A stretch of DNA of 32,000 nt from Candidatus Saccharimonadota bacterium (GCA_963706795.1 OY970170.1:660001-692000), one strand, 5' to 3'; shown: positions 18,361-27,421, numbered from the stretch's first letter. Translations and numbers: made by a program. The notes: generated by a model not told the origin, from the sequence alone.

Positions 18361-19488
18361 ATGCAGAGAATCGTCCTCTATACCGCTACCGGTGCAGAAA
18401 ATCTCGGCGATGAATGTATTCTCCTTGCAGAATATCGTTTCCTTAGAGCGCGTTATCCTGATACCGAGATCCGAATTGCGTCATATAATGCGTCATCCCA
18501 AATACTTCCGTCTGATCCGAAGATCACGTTTTTTTCGTATTTTCCGAATGGATTTTGAGCGCATTTTGTGCGAAATATCGGATATTTTTTCCGTAATTGT
18601 TATGAGATTGCTCGGGCAGACCTCGTGATTATCGGATGAGGCGGACTCTTCTATGATAACGAAGCAGATCAGTCATTCTCTAAACAACTTCTCGAATGGC
18701 GAAGCCGCGTTTGGATCGCGAGACTGTTTTGAAAAATCGTATTTTTTTGGGCTATCGGCATAGATGTTCAGCCAGAAAATATCTCAAAATTTGCAAGTCT
18801 CTTTTCTTCAAAAAAGGCAGTTGTGAGCGTCCGCGATGCTGCAAGTGAGCGATTTATGCATGCTATAGGCAAAGAGGTTGCCCGTGTCCGCGATCCAGTC
18901 TTTACACTCGACCATAGCGAATCCATCAGGCACAAAACCCGACCCAAAATCGGTCTCGCACTCAGATCGTGATATTTACCGAATGAGGCTGAAGTAGTCG
19001 AAAAAATCATCCGTTTTTTGCAGTCAGAAGGCTTTGAGCCGGTATTTTTAACACATTCATTCCATCCATCACTCGGTATTACGAATGATGCAGCGAGCTT
19101 TGCAGCTATTGCAGAGAAGCTCTCTGTGCATACGACGGATTCTATGGATGAGACATTTGAGATGTATAAGCATCTGCAGTTTGTGATCTCAATGCGGCTT
19201 CATGCGAGTATTTTGTCGGTGGTTTCTCATGTGCCGTTCTACGCGATCTCATACGCAAAAAAGACAGATGAAATTCTCGCCGATGTTGGCGCTTCCTACG
19301 TGCAACGCGCGAATACTTTTGATTTTGAAATCTTTAAAAAGCAATTCGCAGAACTCATTGCGTCGCGAGAGGCTCAGCAATTTGCTCTGGTAGGCAAATA
19401 TGATACAATCAAAGCAAACACGATTGAATCATATAATCTCCTCTTCGATGGACTTCAAATCCTTCACCGAAAAAATCACCGATTTTAG
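18361..19488 (+). CDS. Polysaccharide pyruvyl transferase family protein (CsaB-like)
   Basis: ATG at 18361. Four in-frame TGAs (18556, 18637, 18730, 18970) link it to ORF 19018..19488 in the same frame. Family-like motifs are ENLGDECIL and DLVIIG(G)GGLFYD. Assignment is by motif recognition only. Confidence 0.65.
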
Positions 19489-19933
19489 CTCAAAAGCGAT
19501 CGATGCCTCGGTGGCTGCGCTCGGTAAAACAACCGACTTCACCTACGAAAATCTCAAAAAGACTCCCGTCATGCTCAAGGTCGCTGCAGACTTTGAAGCA
19601 GTCAGAACTGAAAAAAAGCTCGTCATCTTCGTGCTTGGTAAAGACGATCCGATTAGCAAAAATATTCTCCTCCAGCTCCCGATCCTCTTCTCAAAAGCCT
19701 GGATAGAATCCGCTACTCTCAAAACAATTGCCGCCGAAGACTCCGCCGATCTTGTCAGTCTCCTCGAAGCTGCAACTCCATGAGTGCTCATCTACCGAGA
19801 GGGCGAACTCAAATATAAGCTCAAAGAAGCGCAGGTGACTGAGTTCGTAAGCTCATTCGATATCCGCAAAGACTGGAATGCTCCTGCACCACTTTCGCCA
19901 CAAGAAGATCCCCTCAATACTCCTCAAGCCTAA
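19448..19933 (+). CDS. Thioredoxin-fold-like protein lacking CxxC
   Basis: MDFKSFTEKI... continues in frame through the TGA at 19781 to TAA 19931..19933. The pattern KKLVIFVLGKDD...P(G)VLIYREGEL resembles a thioredoxin-like beta-alpha-beta arrangement without catalytic cysteines. Confidence 0.5.
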
Positions 19934-19936
19934 TAT

Positions 19937-20152
19937 ATGGATATCTTTGAAATTCTCCTCTACGTCCTCGTAGTCAGCTCAATCATCGCAGTTGGATTTG
20001 TGATTACGGTACTCTTTCGAGTAAATCGCATCCTCTCTCGTGTCGAAAAAGTTGCCGCCATTGGTGAACAAATCAGCGATGCAATCATTGCATTTGAGAG
20101 TCTCCCTGCGCTCATTATCAAAAAGATCACGCAGCACTTCTTTGGGAAGTAA
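19937..20152 (+). CDS. Small single-pass membrane protein
   Basis: The protein is 71 aa, with an N-terminal TM helix (ILLYVLVVSSIIAVGFVITVLF). The stop is TAA, and a terminator follows. Confidence 0.6.
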   Translation: MDIFEILLYVLVVSSIIAVGFVITVLFRVNRILSRVEKVAAIGEQISDAIIAFESLPALIIKKITQHFFGK

Positions 20153-20170
20153 GAAAAATTCTCCAAATAT

Positions 20171-20201
20171 AAAAAACGCCCGTAGAAGGGCGTTTTTTAT
20201 T
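20171..20201. terminator. Bidirectional terminator
   Basis: AAAAAACGCCC-GTAGAA-GGGCGTTTTTT. Confidence 0.85.
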
Positions 20202-20218
20202 GTCCAAGATCAACTTGG

Positions 20219-20650
20219 TTATGACGTGCGGGAAGAATTTTGGGCAATGACTGCCGCGGTAATTGCCTCAGGAGTGATGTTTTGTAGACAGGCCTTCACA
20301 GCGGCGTCCACGCTATATATTACGCGTCTCGATTCGATATCCATATTTGTGACCATGACTTCGTTCGTATGAAGAAGCGGGTAGATACCATTCGACCTTG
20401 CGATAATACGCTTGAGTAGTGTGTAAACGGAGCCTGTAGTTATAGTACCCTGTGAACTTCTGACGATCATTGGTGCATGTCATCCTGTATCCATTTGGGC
20501 CAAAATCTGCATAACGCGCAATTCAGAACCTGGAAGATCTATGAGTAGTCCTGCAATTGTGCGAAGGTTTTCCTCTGTAAAAAGATCTGATTGATGCTGC
20601 TTATTCATGAAAACAAGAAAAGATTTCTCATTTGTACGCAAAATCGCCAT
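20219..20650 (-). CDS. Hypothetical protein, possible winged-helix DNA-binding fold
   Basis: ORF 20219..20470 extends through the TGA at 20480..20482 to the ATG at 20648..20650. The product begins MAILRTNEKSF and includes SELRVMQILAQMDTG(G)HAPMIV. The gene lies 38 nt downstream of trxB. Confidence 0.45.
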
Positions 20651-20688
20651 TTTAGCAAACCCTACATCGAAAGTGCTTTTGATTGCGA

Positions 20689-21597
20689 TTAATGTCCTGC
20701 CCGAAGAATATCTTCATGAATAGAATTTGCGGCGAGACATCCCTCGGCGGCGCTCATGATCGTCTGCTTGAATTTATTGGAATTCGTAGTGACGTCACCT
20801 GCAGCATAGATACCAGGAATACTCGTTGCTTGGCGCTTGTCTACAACGATACATCCAGTTGCATCTTTCTCAGGATTAAATGCATCGATGAGTTTGGTGT
20901 CAGGATCAGATCCGACCGCAATAAATACACCATCAAGAGGAAGAACCGTTCCGTCTTTTAAAAGGACATCCTCGACCTTAAATTGTCCACGAATTTCTTC
21001 GATGGATGTGTTGTAGTGAATAGTGATATTCTCGTGTGCAACGGCTTTTTCGACCCAAACATTCTCAGCTCGAAGCTTGTCGCCACGAACGAGAATATGA
21101 ACATGTGAGCAGAGTTCTGCGAGATAGAGGGCTTCAGTAATCGCAGCATCACCACCACCGACCATCGCAACGGTTCGTTTACGGAAGAAATTCCCATCAC
21201 AAGTCGCGCAATATGATGTCCCAGCACCAATGAGACGCTCTTCGCCTGGAACACCGAGACGGCGATATTTATTCCCTGTTCCAAGCAGAATCGTCTTTGA
21301 ATTAAATGTTTTACCTGAGCTCGTTGTGACGGTAAAATTACCCTTTTCGCCCGTGATAGAGGCAACACGATCCTGGAGAATCTCAGATCCTGCAGCGATT
21401 GCGTGCTCTGCAAAACTGTCCATGATTGCCTTACCTGAGGCGCTCTGCGTCCCTGGCCAGTTCTCTACCTGATGCGAAGTCGCAAGTGCGCCACCTGGGA
21501 GTTCACCGATTACGAGATTTGAGAGTTTATAACGTGAAGCATACATGGCTGCCGGCAATCCTGCCGAACCTGCTCCGATAATAATAAGATCGTACAT
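20689..21597 (-). CDS. trxB: Thioredoxin-disulfide reductase
   Basis: The motifs are DLIIIGAGSAG (FAD), the CATCDG redox centre and VGGGDAA (NADPH). The protein is 302 aa. Confidence 0.92.
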   Translation of the reverse strand: MYDLIIIGAGSAGLPAAMYASRYKLSNLVIGELPGGALATSHQVENWPGTQSASGKAIMDSFAEHAIAAGSEILQDRVASITGEKGNFTVTTSSGKTFNSKTILLGTGNKYRRLGVPGEERLIGAGTSYCATCDGNFFRKRTVAMVGGGDAAITEALYLAELCSHVHILVRGDKLRAENVWVEKAVAHENITIHYNTSIEEIRGQFKVEDVLLKDGTVLPLDGVFIAVGSDPDTKLIDAFNPEKDATGCIVVDKRQATSIPGIYAAGDVTTNSNKFKQTIMSAAEGCLAANSIHEDILRAGH

Positions 21598-21680
21598 AAT
21601 TGTATTGTAATTGTCTGAATTAAGAGTGCATTAAGCTGATCATAGTATCTTAATTAAAACATCGGTCAAATGAGAAACCG

Positions 21681-22310
21681 CTACTTTCCATTGTGCATCT
21701 CAAGAGCCTTACGAAGCTCTCGATTCTCCCTCTCAAGTTGGATTCTGTAATCACGTTCTTTTATGAGTAAATTTTCAATCTCCTCGTCGGTATAACGCGG
21801 AGTGATATGTTGTGGACAATTCCAATCGTAAGCTTCGATATGGAGTACTATCATGCGTTCTGGTCGAAAATCATATCCAGTGAGATCGAGTTGCTGCAAG
21901 AGAGCTGGATTTGTACTTAATTCAATGATCTCTGCACGCGCCAGTATCTTGAGTCTCATCTGTGCAGGGTAGTCGACCAAAATCAATGCAACCTCAGGAT
22001 GGGTCAATATATTTCCGGTCGAGATATACTGACGATTCCCACTAAAATCTATAAATCCTATAGTGTTTGCATCGAGAACCTTGAGAAAACCTTTTGGGCC
22101 TCAACGATGTTGAATATATGGATACCCATTTTTACCAATCGATGACATATAAAAACTGTCACGGGATTGTATGAACGCCTGAGTATTTGTATCGAGTCAG
22201 TGGATTTCGAGCATATTTTCCATCCGCGCATAACTTGCACGACTTCCATGTATCTCTTGAAGTTGTTTTGTAGTCTCTCCAAAGGCGATTTGTGCAAAGT
22301 TCTTTGCCAT
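21681..22310 (-). CDS. Pyridoxamine 5'-phosphate oxidase-family (FMN-binding split-barrel) protein
   Basis: The ATG at 22308..22310 is joined through TGAs at 22197 and 22101 to ORF 21681..22007. The joined sequence contains YPYIQHRG(G)PKGFLKVLD, typical of this family. Confidence 0.6.
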
Positions 22311-22318
22311 TTTTGGTA

Positions 22319-22861
22319 TTAAATACTCGTAGGTGATACCACAGGAAAATCGATCTCCGTTCCAGCTACAAGATTGAAATAATTGATGAATGTGATCATA
22401 GAAACATTTGCTACGATCTCGGTAATTTCAGCATCACTATAACCGGCAGTTCGTGCCTTTTCGATGCTTGTAGGATCTATGGAACCACGCTTTTGTACGA
22501 TTTCCTTTGCGAGATTCAGTGCTGCTTGGATCTTCGAGTCGGATGATCCGGCGAGGCGACAGTTATGAAGTGTTTCTGTGTCAGTTCCCGCTCCCGCTCC
22601 GATTGCCGTAAAGGCTGAGAGACAATACGAACATCCATTGAGCTGAGATACCAAAATGGCGATCTGATTACGTGTTTCAAACGGGAGCTCACCTGCTTCA
22701 AGTGCTCCGTTGAGTGAGAGGAAGGCACCAAGTGTTGTTGGTGAAACCGCCATAGTTGCGAATGTATTGGGGATCATTCCAAACTTCGTATTTACTGCAG
22801 TAAGCATGTCTTTTGTTGATCCAGTTGCGGATTCGAGAGTGAGTGTCTTGAAATTTTGCAT
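22319..22861 (-). CDS. Carboxymuconolactone decarboxylase / AhpD-like family protein
   Basis: LNGCSYCLSAF is a CxxC in an AhpD-like context. The likely start is MQNFKTL at 22859..22861. Confidence 0.65.
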   Translation of the reverse strand: MQNFKTLTLESATGSTKDMLTAVNTKFGMIPNTFATMAVSPTTLGAFLSLNGALEAGELPFETRNQIAILVSQLNGCSYCLSAFTAIGAGAGTDTETLHNCRLAGSSDSKIQAALNLAKEIVQKRGSIDPTSIEKARTAGYSDAEITEIVANVSMITFINYFNLVAGTEIDFPVVSPTSI

Positions 22862-22931
22862 GAGCAATTGATAGAAAATAACTGAAAACAAATACTTTGA
22901 TTTGTTTCGTGGGCCAAGAGTAATAGACTGT

Positions 22932-22945
22932 CTTGTAATTACAAG
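22932..22945. promoter_or_regulatory. Perfect 14-nt palindrome, candidate HxlR operator
   Basis: CTTGTAATTACAAG lies in the divergent intergenic region between the AhpD-like gene and the HxlR-type regulator gene. Confidence 0.45.
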
Positions 22946-22986
22946 TAGTCATATTTTCAGTATATAGTTCTCTAAAATAGACCATT

Positions 22987-23340
22987 ATGTTAAATATAGG
23001 AGATTGTACGGTAGAAAAAAGTAAAAAAACTTTCTCGTGTCCGGTTGCTCAGTGTATGGAAGTGATTGGTGGAAAGTGGAAAATCCTCATCCTTAATACG
23101 ATTTCCAAATGAGGAAATCGATTCTCACTGCTTCAGAGAGAGCTTCCTGATATCAGCAAACAAATGCTCACATCGCAACTGCGAGAGCTCGAGGACGATG
23201 GGATTATTTCACGAACTATTTTTCCAGTGATCCCACCAAGAGTGGAGTATGACATTACAGCGTACGGGCATACACTTTTCCCGATTATCCACGCAATGCG
23301 CGAATGGTGAACAATCCAGATGACCCGCACTAAAAAATAG
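22987..23340 (+). CDS. HxlR-family winged-helix transcriptional regulator
   Basis: CPVAQCMEVIGGKWKILIL...(G)GNRFSLLQRELPDISKQMLTSQLRELEDDGIISR...PPRVEYDITAYG is the HxlR signature. TGAs lie at 23110 and 23308. Stop is TAG 23338..23340. Confidence 0.8.
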
Positions 23341-23421
23341 CACCAGACGGTGTTTATTTTTTCTTGTAAAAATAATATAAACACTTATTATATTTCACAT
23401 ATTCACTAAAAACCAATTCGT

Positions 23422-23841
23422 ATGTGGCAAAAATCTCACTCGATCACAACCAAAAAGGCAACCAAAGAACAGATGTGGAAACTCTTTGCTGATGTGAATA
23501 ATTGGCACACTTGGGACGATGGAATCGAGTTTGCGCGTATGGAATGAAGTTTTGAACAAGGCAATCATTTCATTCTTCGGCCGAAGGGTGGACCGAATGT
23601 AAAGATTGAGCTATTTGAAACAATTCCAAATGAAAAATTCGTAGATCTCACACGATTTCCACTCGCGAAAATGTACGGAATACATACCTTTGAAGATACT
23701 CCAAATGGACTCAAGTTGACGACAACGATGCAAGTTGAAGGACTTCTTGCCTGGCTTTGGGTGAGGTTGGTTGCACAGGGGATCGCGGACGGACTTGAGA
23801 AAGAAATGCCCGCACAAGTAGTATTTGCTTCAAAGCTCTAA
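23422..23841 (+). CDS. SRPBCC (START/polyketide cyclase-like) family protein
   Basis: The N-terminus is family-like (TKEQMWKLFADVNNWHTWDDGIE). One TGA lies at 23545. Stop is TAA 23839..23841. This ORF is absent from the standard-code track. Confidence 0.55.
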
Positions 23842-23842
23842 T

Positions 23843-24298
23843 ATGAACAAGATCGACTTTAATTTGGAAGCTCAGGAGAGTAGTGGACTACTCCTCTGGC
23901 AGCTTACCAATCTCTGGCAAACGGGCATCCGAAAGCTGCTCGAAAACTTCGAGCTCACACATCCTCAATTCGTAGTTCTTGCCTCGACGGCGTGGCTTTT
24001 GCGCACAGAATCCGAGGTGAATCAGAAGATGGTGGCAGACTTCACCAAGATCGATCCAATGACCACTTCCGTCGTGGTTCGTGGTCTCGAAAAAAAAGGC
24101 TTTCTGAAACGTGAAACTGATCCAAAGGATTCTCGAGCCTATATACTTTCGGTCACGGACGCAGGCTCAAAGAATCTCAAGCAAGCAATGGATGCGGTTG
24201 ATTTATATGATGCAGAGTTTTTTGGGAAAATCGGTGCAGATAAGAAAGTCTTTAATCATATCACACACAGACTCATTGCAGAAAATCTCTCAAATTAA
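23843..24298 (+). CDS. MarR-family transcriptional regulator
   Basis: LTHPQFVVLASTAWL...QKMVADFTKIDPMTTSVVVRGLEKKGFLKRETDPKDSRAYILSVTDAG is the MarR wHTH and wing. Confidence 0.85.
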   Translation: MNKIDFNLEAQESSGLLLWQLTNLWQTGIRKLLENFELTHPQFVVLASTAWLLRTESEVNQKMVADFTKIDPMTTSVVVRGLEKKGFLKRETDPKDSRAYILSVTDAGSKNLKQAMDAVDLYDAEFFGKIGADKKVFNHITHRLIAENLSN

Positions 24299-24326
24299 AA
24301 AGAAGTCCTTTGGGACTTCTTTTTAA
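24297..24326. terminator. Bidirectional terminator
   Basis: AAAAAGAAGTCC-TTTG-GGACTTCTTTTT. Confidence 0.85.
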
Positions 24327-24569
24327 TTAGTTCTGTCGATGTTTCGACAACGCTACATCGATGATATGGGTTATGTCATAGCTACTGATCTCGGCATCTT
24401 CCAGTAGAAGCTCACGTTCAGTTCTGATATCTCTTTCTATCAAAGCTACTTCTACTACTGTATAGATATTCTTCATCCGAAGGGCTCGCATGGTGAGCAA
24501 GAAATTCGCAAGGATGGCGTATTCTTCTGCCCCTACTTCGATGTTTTTCTGATCCAGAACGATATTCAT
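24327..24569 (-). CDS. 80-aa hypothetical protein downstream of thrS
   Basis: The open frame starts 11 nt after the thrS stop and has no clear SD. Stop is TAA. I recognise no family. Confidence 0.4.
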   Translation of the reverse strand: MNIVLDQKNIEVGAEEYAILANFLLTMRALRMKNIYTVVEVALIERDIRTERELLLEDAEISSYDITHIIDVALSKHRQN

Positions 24570-24580
24570 AGGAAAATAGA

Positions 24581-26353
24581 TTAGAGACTTCGGTTTTCGA
24601 TTTCGTCCTTCGCCATTGAGAGGAATGCCTCGAGGCTCATGTCTGTCTGGTCGCCTGATTTGTGGCTTCGTACTGAGACTCCGCCAGATGTTTGTTCTTT
24701 TTCTCCGACAACGAGGATGTAGTTTACGTACATGCTTTCGGCATTGCGGATCTTCTTTCCGAGTCCTTCTCCAGATCGATCGATCTTTACGCGCATTCCT
24801 GCATCTTTGAGAGACTTTCCAACCATTTCTGCATAATCTTGGAAACTCTCGCCAACAGCAACGACCTGAACCTGTGTAGGAGTCACCCAGAGGGGGAATC
24901 GACCTGCGAAATGTTCAATCATGATCCCCATGAATCGCTCAAGTGATCCTGAGATCGCACGATGGATAACAACGGGACGCTCCTTTTCTCCGAGTTCGTT
25001 CGTAAATGAGAGATCAAATCGCTCAGGGAGATTGAAGTCACACTGAATGGTAGCAAGTTGGCGTTCACGACCGAGTGCATCCTTGAACATGAAGTCGAGC
25101 TTCGGTCCGTAGAATGCAGCCTCTCCTTCTACTCGGCGGAAATTGAGTGCATTTTCGATGGCTGCTTCTTCGAGTGCACCTTCAGCTACTTGCCAAACTT
25201 CGTCTGTTCCGAGGTATTTAGAGCGGTCATCATCGCGAACAGAGAGGCTTACCCAGTAGCCGTCCATCATCCCGAATGTTGTGTAGAATTCCTTGATGAT
25301 CCCGACGATTGTCTTAACTTCGTCCTTGATCTGGCTCACACGACAGAAGAGATGTCCGTCGTCCTGAGTGATCGCGCGAACGCGTGAGAGTCCAGAGAGT
25401 TGTCCTGTTTTTTCATCGCGGTATACGGTTGCTGGCTCGAAATATCGAACAGGGAGATCGCGATAACTGAACTGATTATCCGCGAAAATCTGCATGTGGT
25501 GAGGACAGTTCATCGGCTTCATGATGAACTTGTCTTCCTTTCCTTGTACTCGGAAGAGTTCGTCTCCGAACTTCGCAGCATGACCAGAGGTGATATAGAG
25601 TTCTTCCTTCGCGATGTGTGGCGTCCAAACACGATCGTAGCCCTTGTTCTTGTGGAGTTCCCAGAGATATTCTTCGATCTCGCGACGGATGATCATCCCG
25701 TTCGGTTGCATGAGCGGAAGTCCTGCACCGATAAGCTCAGAGAGTGTGAAGAGTTTGAGCTTCTTCGCAAGGAGTCGGTGATCACGTTTCTTGGCTTCTT
25801 CGATGAGTGCAACGTGTGCATCGAGCTCAGCCTTTGACTCGAATGCGAGTGCGTAGATACGAGTAAGCATCTTTTTTGAGGAATCCCCGCGCCAGTATGC
25901 ACCAGCGAGTTTCTCGATCTTGAAAGAATTCTCGTCGATCTGTGCAGTTTTTTCGACGTGAGGACCACGACACATATCTACAAAGGCAACTTCGCCCTTC
26001 TGATCGATATTTTCGTAAAATCCAATCTCTGTCTCGCCCTTTGCGCTGAGTTCATCGATCATTTCTACTTTATAGTTTTCGTTCTTTGAAGTCATAAATG
26101 CTCGTGCTTCTGCGACTGAGAGCTTCTTTTCGACGAATTGCTGGTTCTGTTTGATGATGTTTTTCATCTTCTTTTCGATCTCCTTGAGGTGTTCCTCCTG
26201 AAGGACGAATGCTCCGAAATCGAAGTCATAGTAAAATCCAGTATCGATATCTGGACCGATCGCCATCTGAACTTCTGCTCCATAGAGCGATTTCACGGCC
26301 TGTGCCATGATGTGAGCGAGCGAGTGTCGCTGAGTTGAAAGTGGGTGTGACAT
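24581..26353 (-). CDS. thrS: Threonine--tRNA ligase (no N-terminal TGS domain)
   Basis: The 590-aa protein begins at the editing-domain HxxxH (RHSLAHIMAQAV). It has class II catalytic motifs (FRDEKTGQLSGLSRVR, GEAAFYGPKLD) and a C-terminal anticodon-binding domain. No TGA. Confidence 0.92.
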   Translation of the reverse strand: MSHPLSTQRHSLAHIMAQAVKSLYGAEVQMAIGPDIDTGFYYDFDFGAFVLQEEHLKEIEKKMKNIIKQNQQFVEKKLSVAEARAFMTSKNENYKVEMIDELSAKGETEIGFYENIDQKGEVAFVDMCRGPHVEKTAQIDENSFKIEKLAGAYWRGDSSKKMLTRIYALAFESKAELDAHVALIEEAKKRDHRLLAKKLKLFTLSELIGAGLPLMQPNGMIIRREIEEYLWELHKNKGYDRVWTPHIAKEELYITSGHAAKFGDELFRVQGKEDKFIMKPMNCPHHMQIFADNQFSYRDLPVRYFEPATVYRDEKTGQLSGLSRVRAITQDDGHLFCRVSQIKDEVKTIVGIIKEFYTTFGMMDGYWVSLSVRDDDRSKYLGTDEVWQVAEGALEEAAIENALNFRRVEGEAAFYGPKLDFMFKDALGRERQLATIQCDFNLPERFDLSFTNELGEKERPVVIHRAISGSLERFMGIMIEHFAGRFPLWVTPTQVQVVAVGESFQDYAEMVGKSLKDAGMRVKIDRSGEGLGKKIRNAESMYVNYILVVGEKEQTSGGVSVRSHKSGDQTDMSLEAFLSMAKDEIENRSL

Positions 26354-26540
26354 ATTTGAGCTGTATAATAAAAGAGAATTTTAAAACCCCTCCGTCATCG
26401 GAGGGGTTCCAACCACATTGAAACGCGCCTTATCCGAGACGGGGAAGTGTCTGGGTGCGGGTTTCAAGTCATGTGACCATGGCAAAGGGTTGGTTAGAAA
26501 ATATGCCCTGCGAGTGTAGCAGGCGTCGCAAAAAAGTCAA
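26354..26540 (-). promoter_or_regulatory. thrS promoter plus ~150-nt leader containing an intrinsic terminator (attenuator)
   Basis: On the minus strand: TTGACT (26535..26540), 16 nt, TACACT (26513..26518). In the leader, CCCCTCCG-ATGA-CGGAGGGG (26387..26406) is followed by TTTTAAAATT, ending about 30 nt before the ATG. The sequence AATGTGGTTGGAACC overlaps the 5' arm of the terminator. Confidence 0.55.
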
Positions 26541-26568
26541 AAAAAAGCCCCAATCGTTTGATTAGGGG
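26539..26568 (-). terminator. Terminator of the 93-aa gene
   Basis: On the minus strand: CCCCTAATC-AAAC-GATTGGGG followed by CTTTTTTTT. Confidence 0.75.
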
Positions 26569-26684
26569 TAAATCTGTGTATCGTGAAAAATCAGTGTTTT
26601 TCTTAGTGATGTTCACGGTTCTTGGTCGCCATAGTGTTCTTCCTGGCCGCCAGAGTGTTTTGGTGACGACGCTCACCTTTTTCT

Positions 26685-26966
26685 TTATCGGTGAGTGTAA
26701 TCGCGTCAGATAATTTTTGCTGTTTTTTTTGCTGCTTCTCGTGCTTTTTTGGCTTGTTGTTGGAGTTTCAACAATTTGCCACCGAGGCGAGATTTTGTAG
26801 CATTTTCGTGGGCTGCTACTATTTTTTTGAGATCCCGCTGAGGTGCGAGAGCACGTTTTCCGGCAATGTCTGCAATTTGCATGACATTCGCACGAGCTGC
26901 GGCTTCACGGTCTATGCGACCGCCGCGAGAGAAATTTTTGCTAAATTCTAATTGAGTACCTGGCAT
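26685..26966 (-). CDS. 93-aa basic hypothetical protein
   Basis: GGAG lies 6 nt upstream of the ATG. The TGA at 26706..26708 is read through to TAA 26685..26687. The C-terminus is Lys/Ala-rich (KLLKLQQQAKKAREAAKKTAKII). Confidence 0.6.
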
Positions 26967-27001
26967 ATTTATCTCCGTTCTATTCCGTTTTACGAGTTTT
27001 T

Positions 27002-27032
27002 AATCCGTGCATTCAGGATGAATGCACGGATT
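27002..27032. promoter_or_regulatory. Perfect 13-bp inverted repeat at or near the 5' end of the 93-aa gene transcript
   Basis: AATCCGTGCATTC-AGGAT-GAATGCACGGATT. It lies between the candidate -10 (27035..27040) and the SD of the gene starting at 26966. It has no adjoining U-run on either strand. Confidence 0.5.
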
Positions 27033-27130
27033 TGAGTCTATTTAAAACAATAAATTGTCAAAGCTTACTAATAACTAAATACATAATTCGTCAATTCTGG
27101 AGTTTTATGTCTTTAGATCGTTGGGCTTCA

Positions 27131-27160
27131 AAAATAAAGAACGCACTTTGAGTGCGTTCT
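27131..27160 (-). terminator. Terminator of the 42-aa peptide gene
   Basis: AGAACGCAC (27139..27147) pairs with GTGCGTTCT (27152..27160). On the minus strand it is followed by TTTATTTTT. Confidence 0.8.
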
Positions 27161-27186
27161 GAAGGGGGATGAACCTGGTTCTAAAA

Positions 27187-27315
27187 TTATTTGAGAGTTT
27201 TGATGGTTCGCCGGAATCCGAGTTGGCGTTGTGGATTTTTTGGCCAGATCGGCCAGGGTGGTTTTGTGTGGCCTGGTTTCAGGGTTGGTGCATTGTTTTG
27301 ATGCATGTGATCCAT
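27187..27315 (-). CDS. 42-aa Pro/Trp-rich cationic peptide
   Basis: The product is MDHMHQNNAPTLKPGHTKPPWPIWPKNPQRQLGFRRTIKTLK. AAGGAG lies exactly 6 nt upstream of the ATG and the stop is TAA. The gene is bracketed by terminators at 27388..27421 and 27131..27160. It is not in the ORF track because it is under 60 aa. Confidence 0.55.
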   Translation of the reverse strand: MDHMHQNNAPTLKPGHTKPPWPIWPKNPQRQLGFRRTIKTLK

Positions 27316-27387
27316 GATTGGCTCCTTTGAAGTATTGTCTTAATTATCAAGACAACGTTCTGTATAATAATCAAATTTGTAAGAGAA

Positions 27388-27421
27388 CAAATAAAAAACG
27401 CATCCTTGTGGGATGCGTTTT
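27388..27421 (-). terminator. Terminator of the 62-aa gene
   Basis: AAACGCATCC (27396..27405) pairs with GGATGCGTTT (27411..27420). On the minus strand it is followed by TTTTTTATTTG. Confidence 0.8.
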
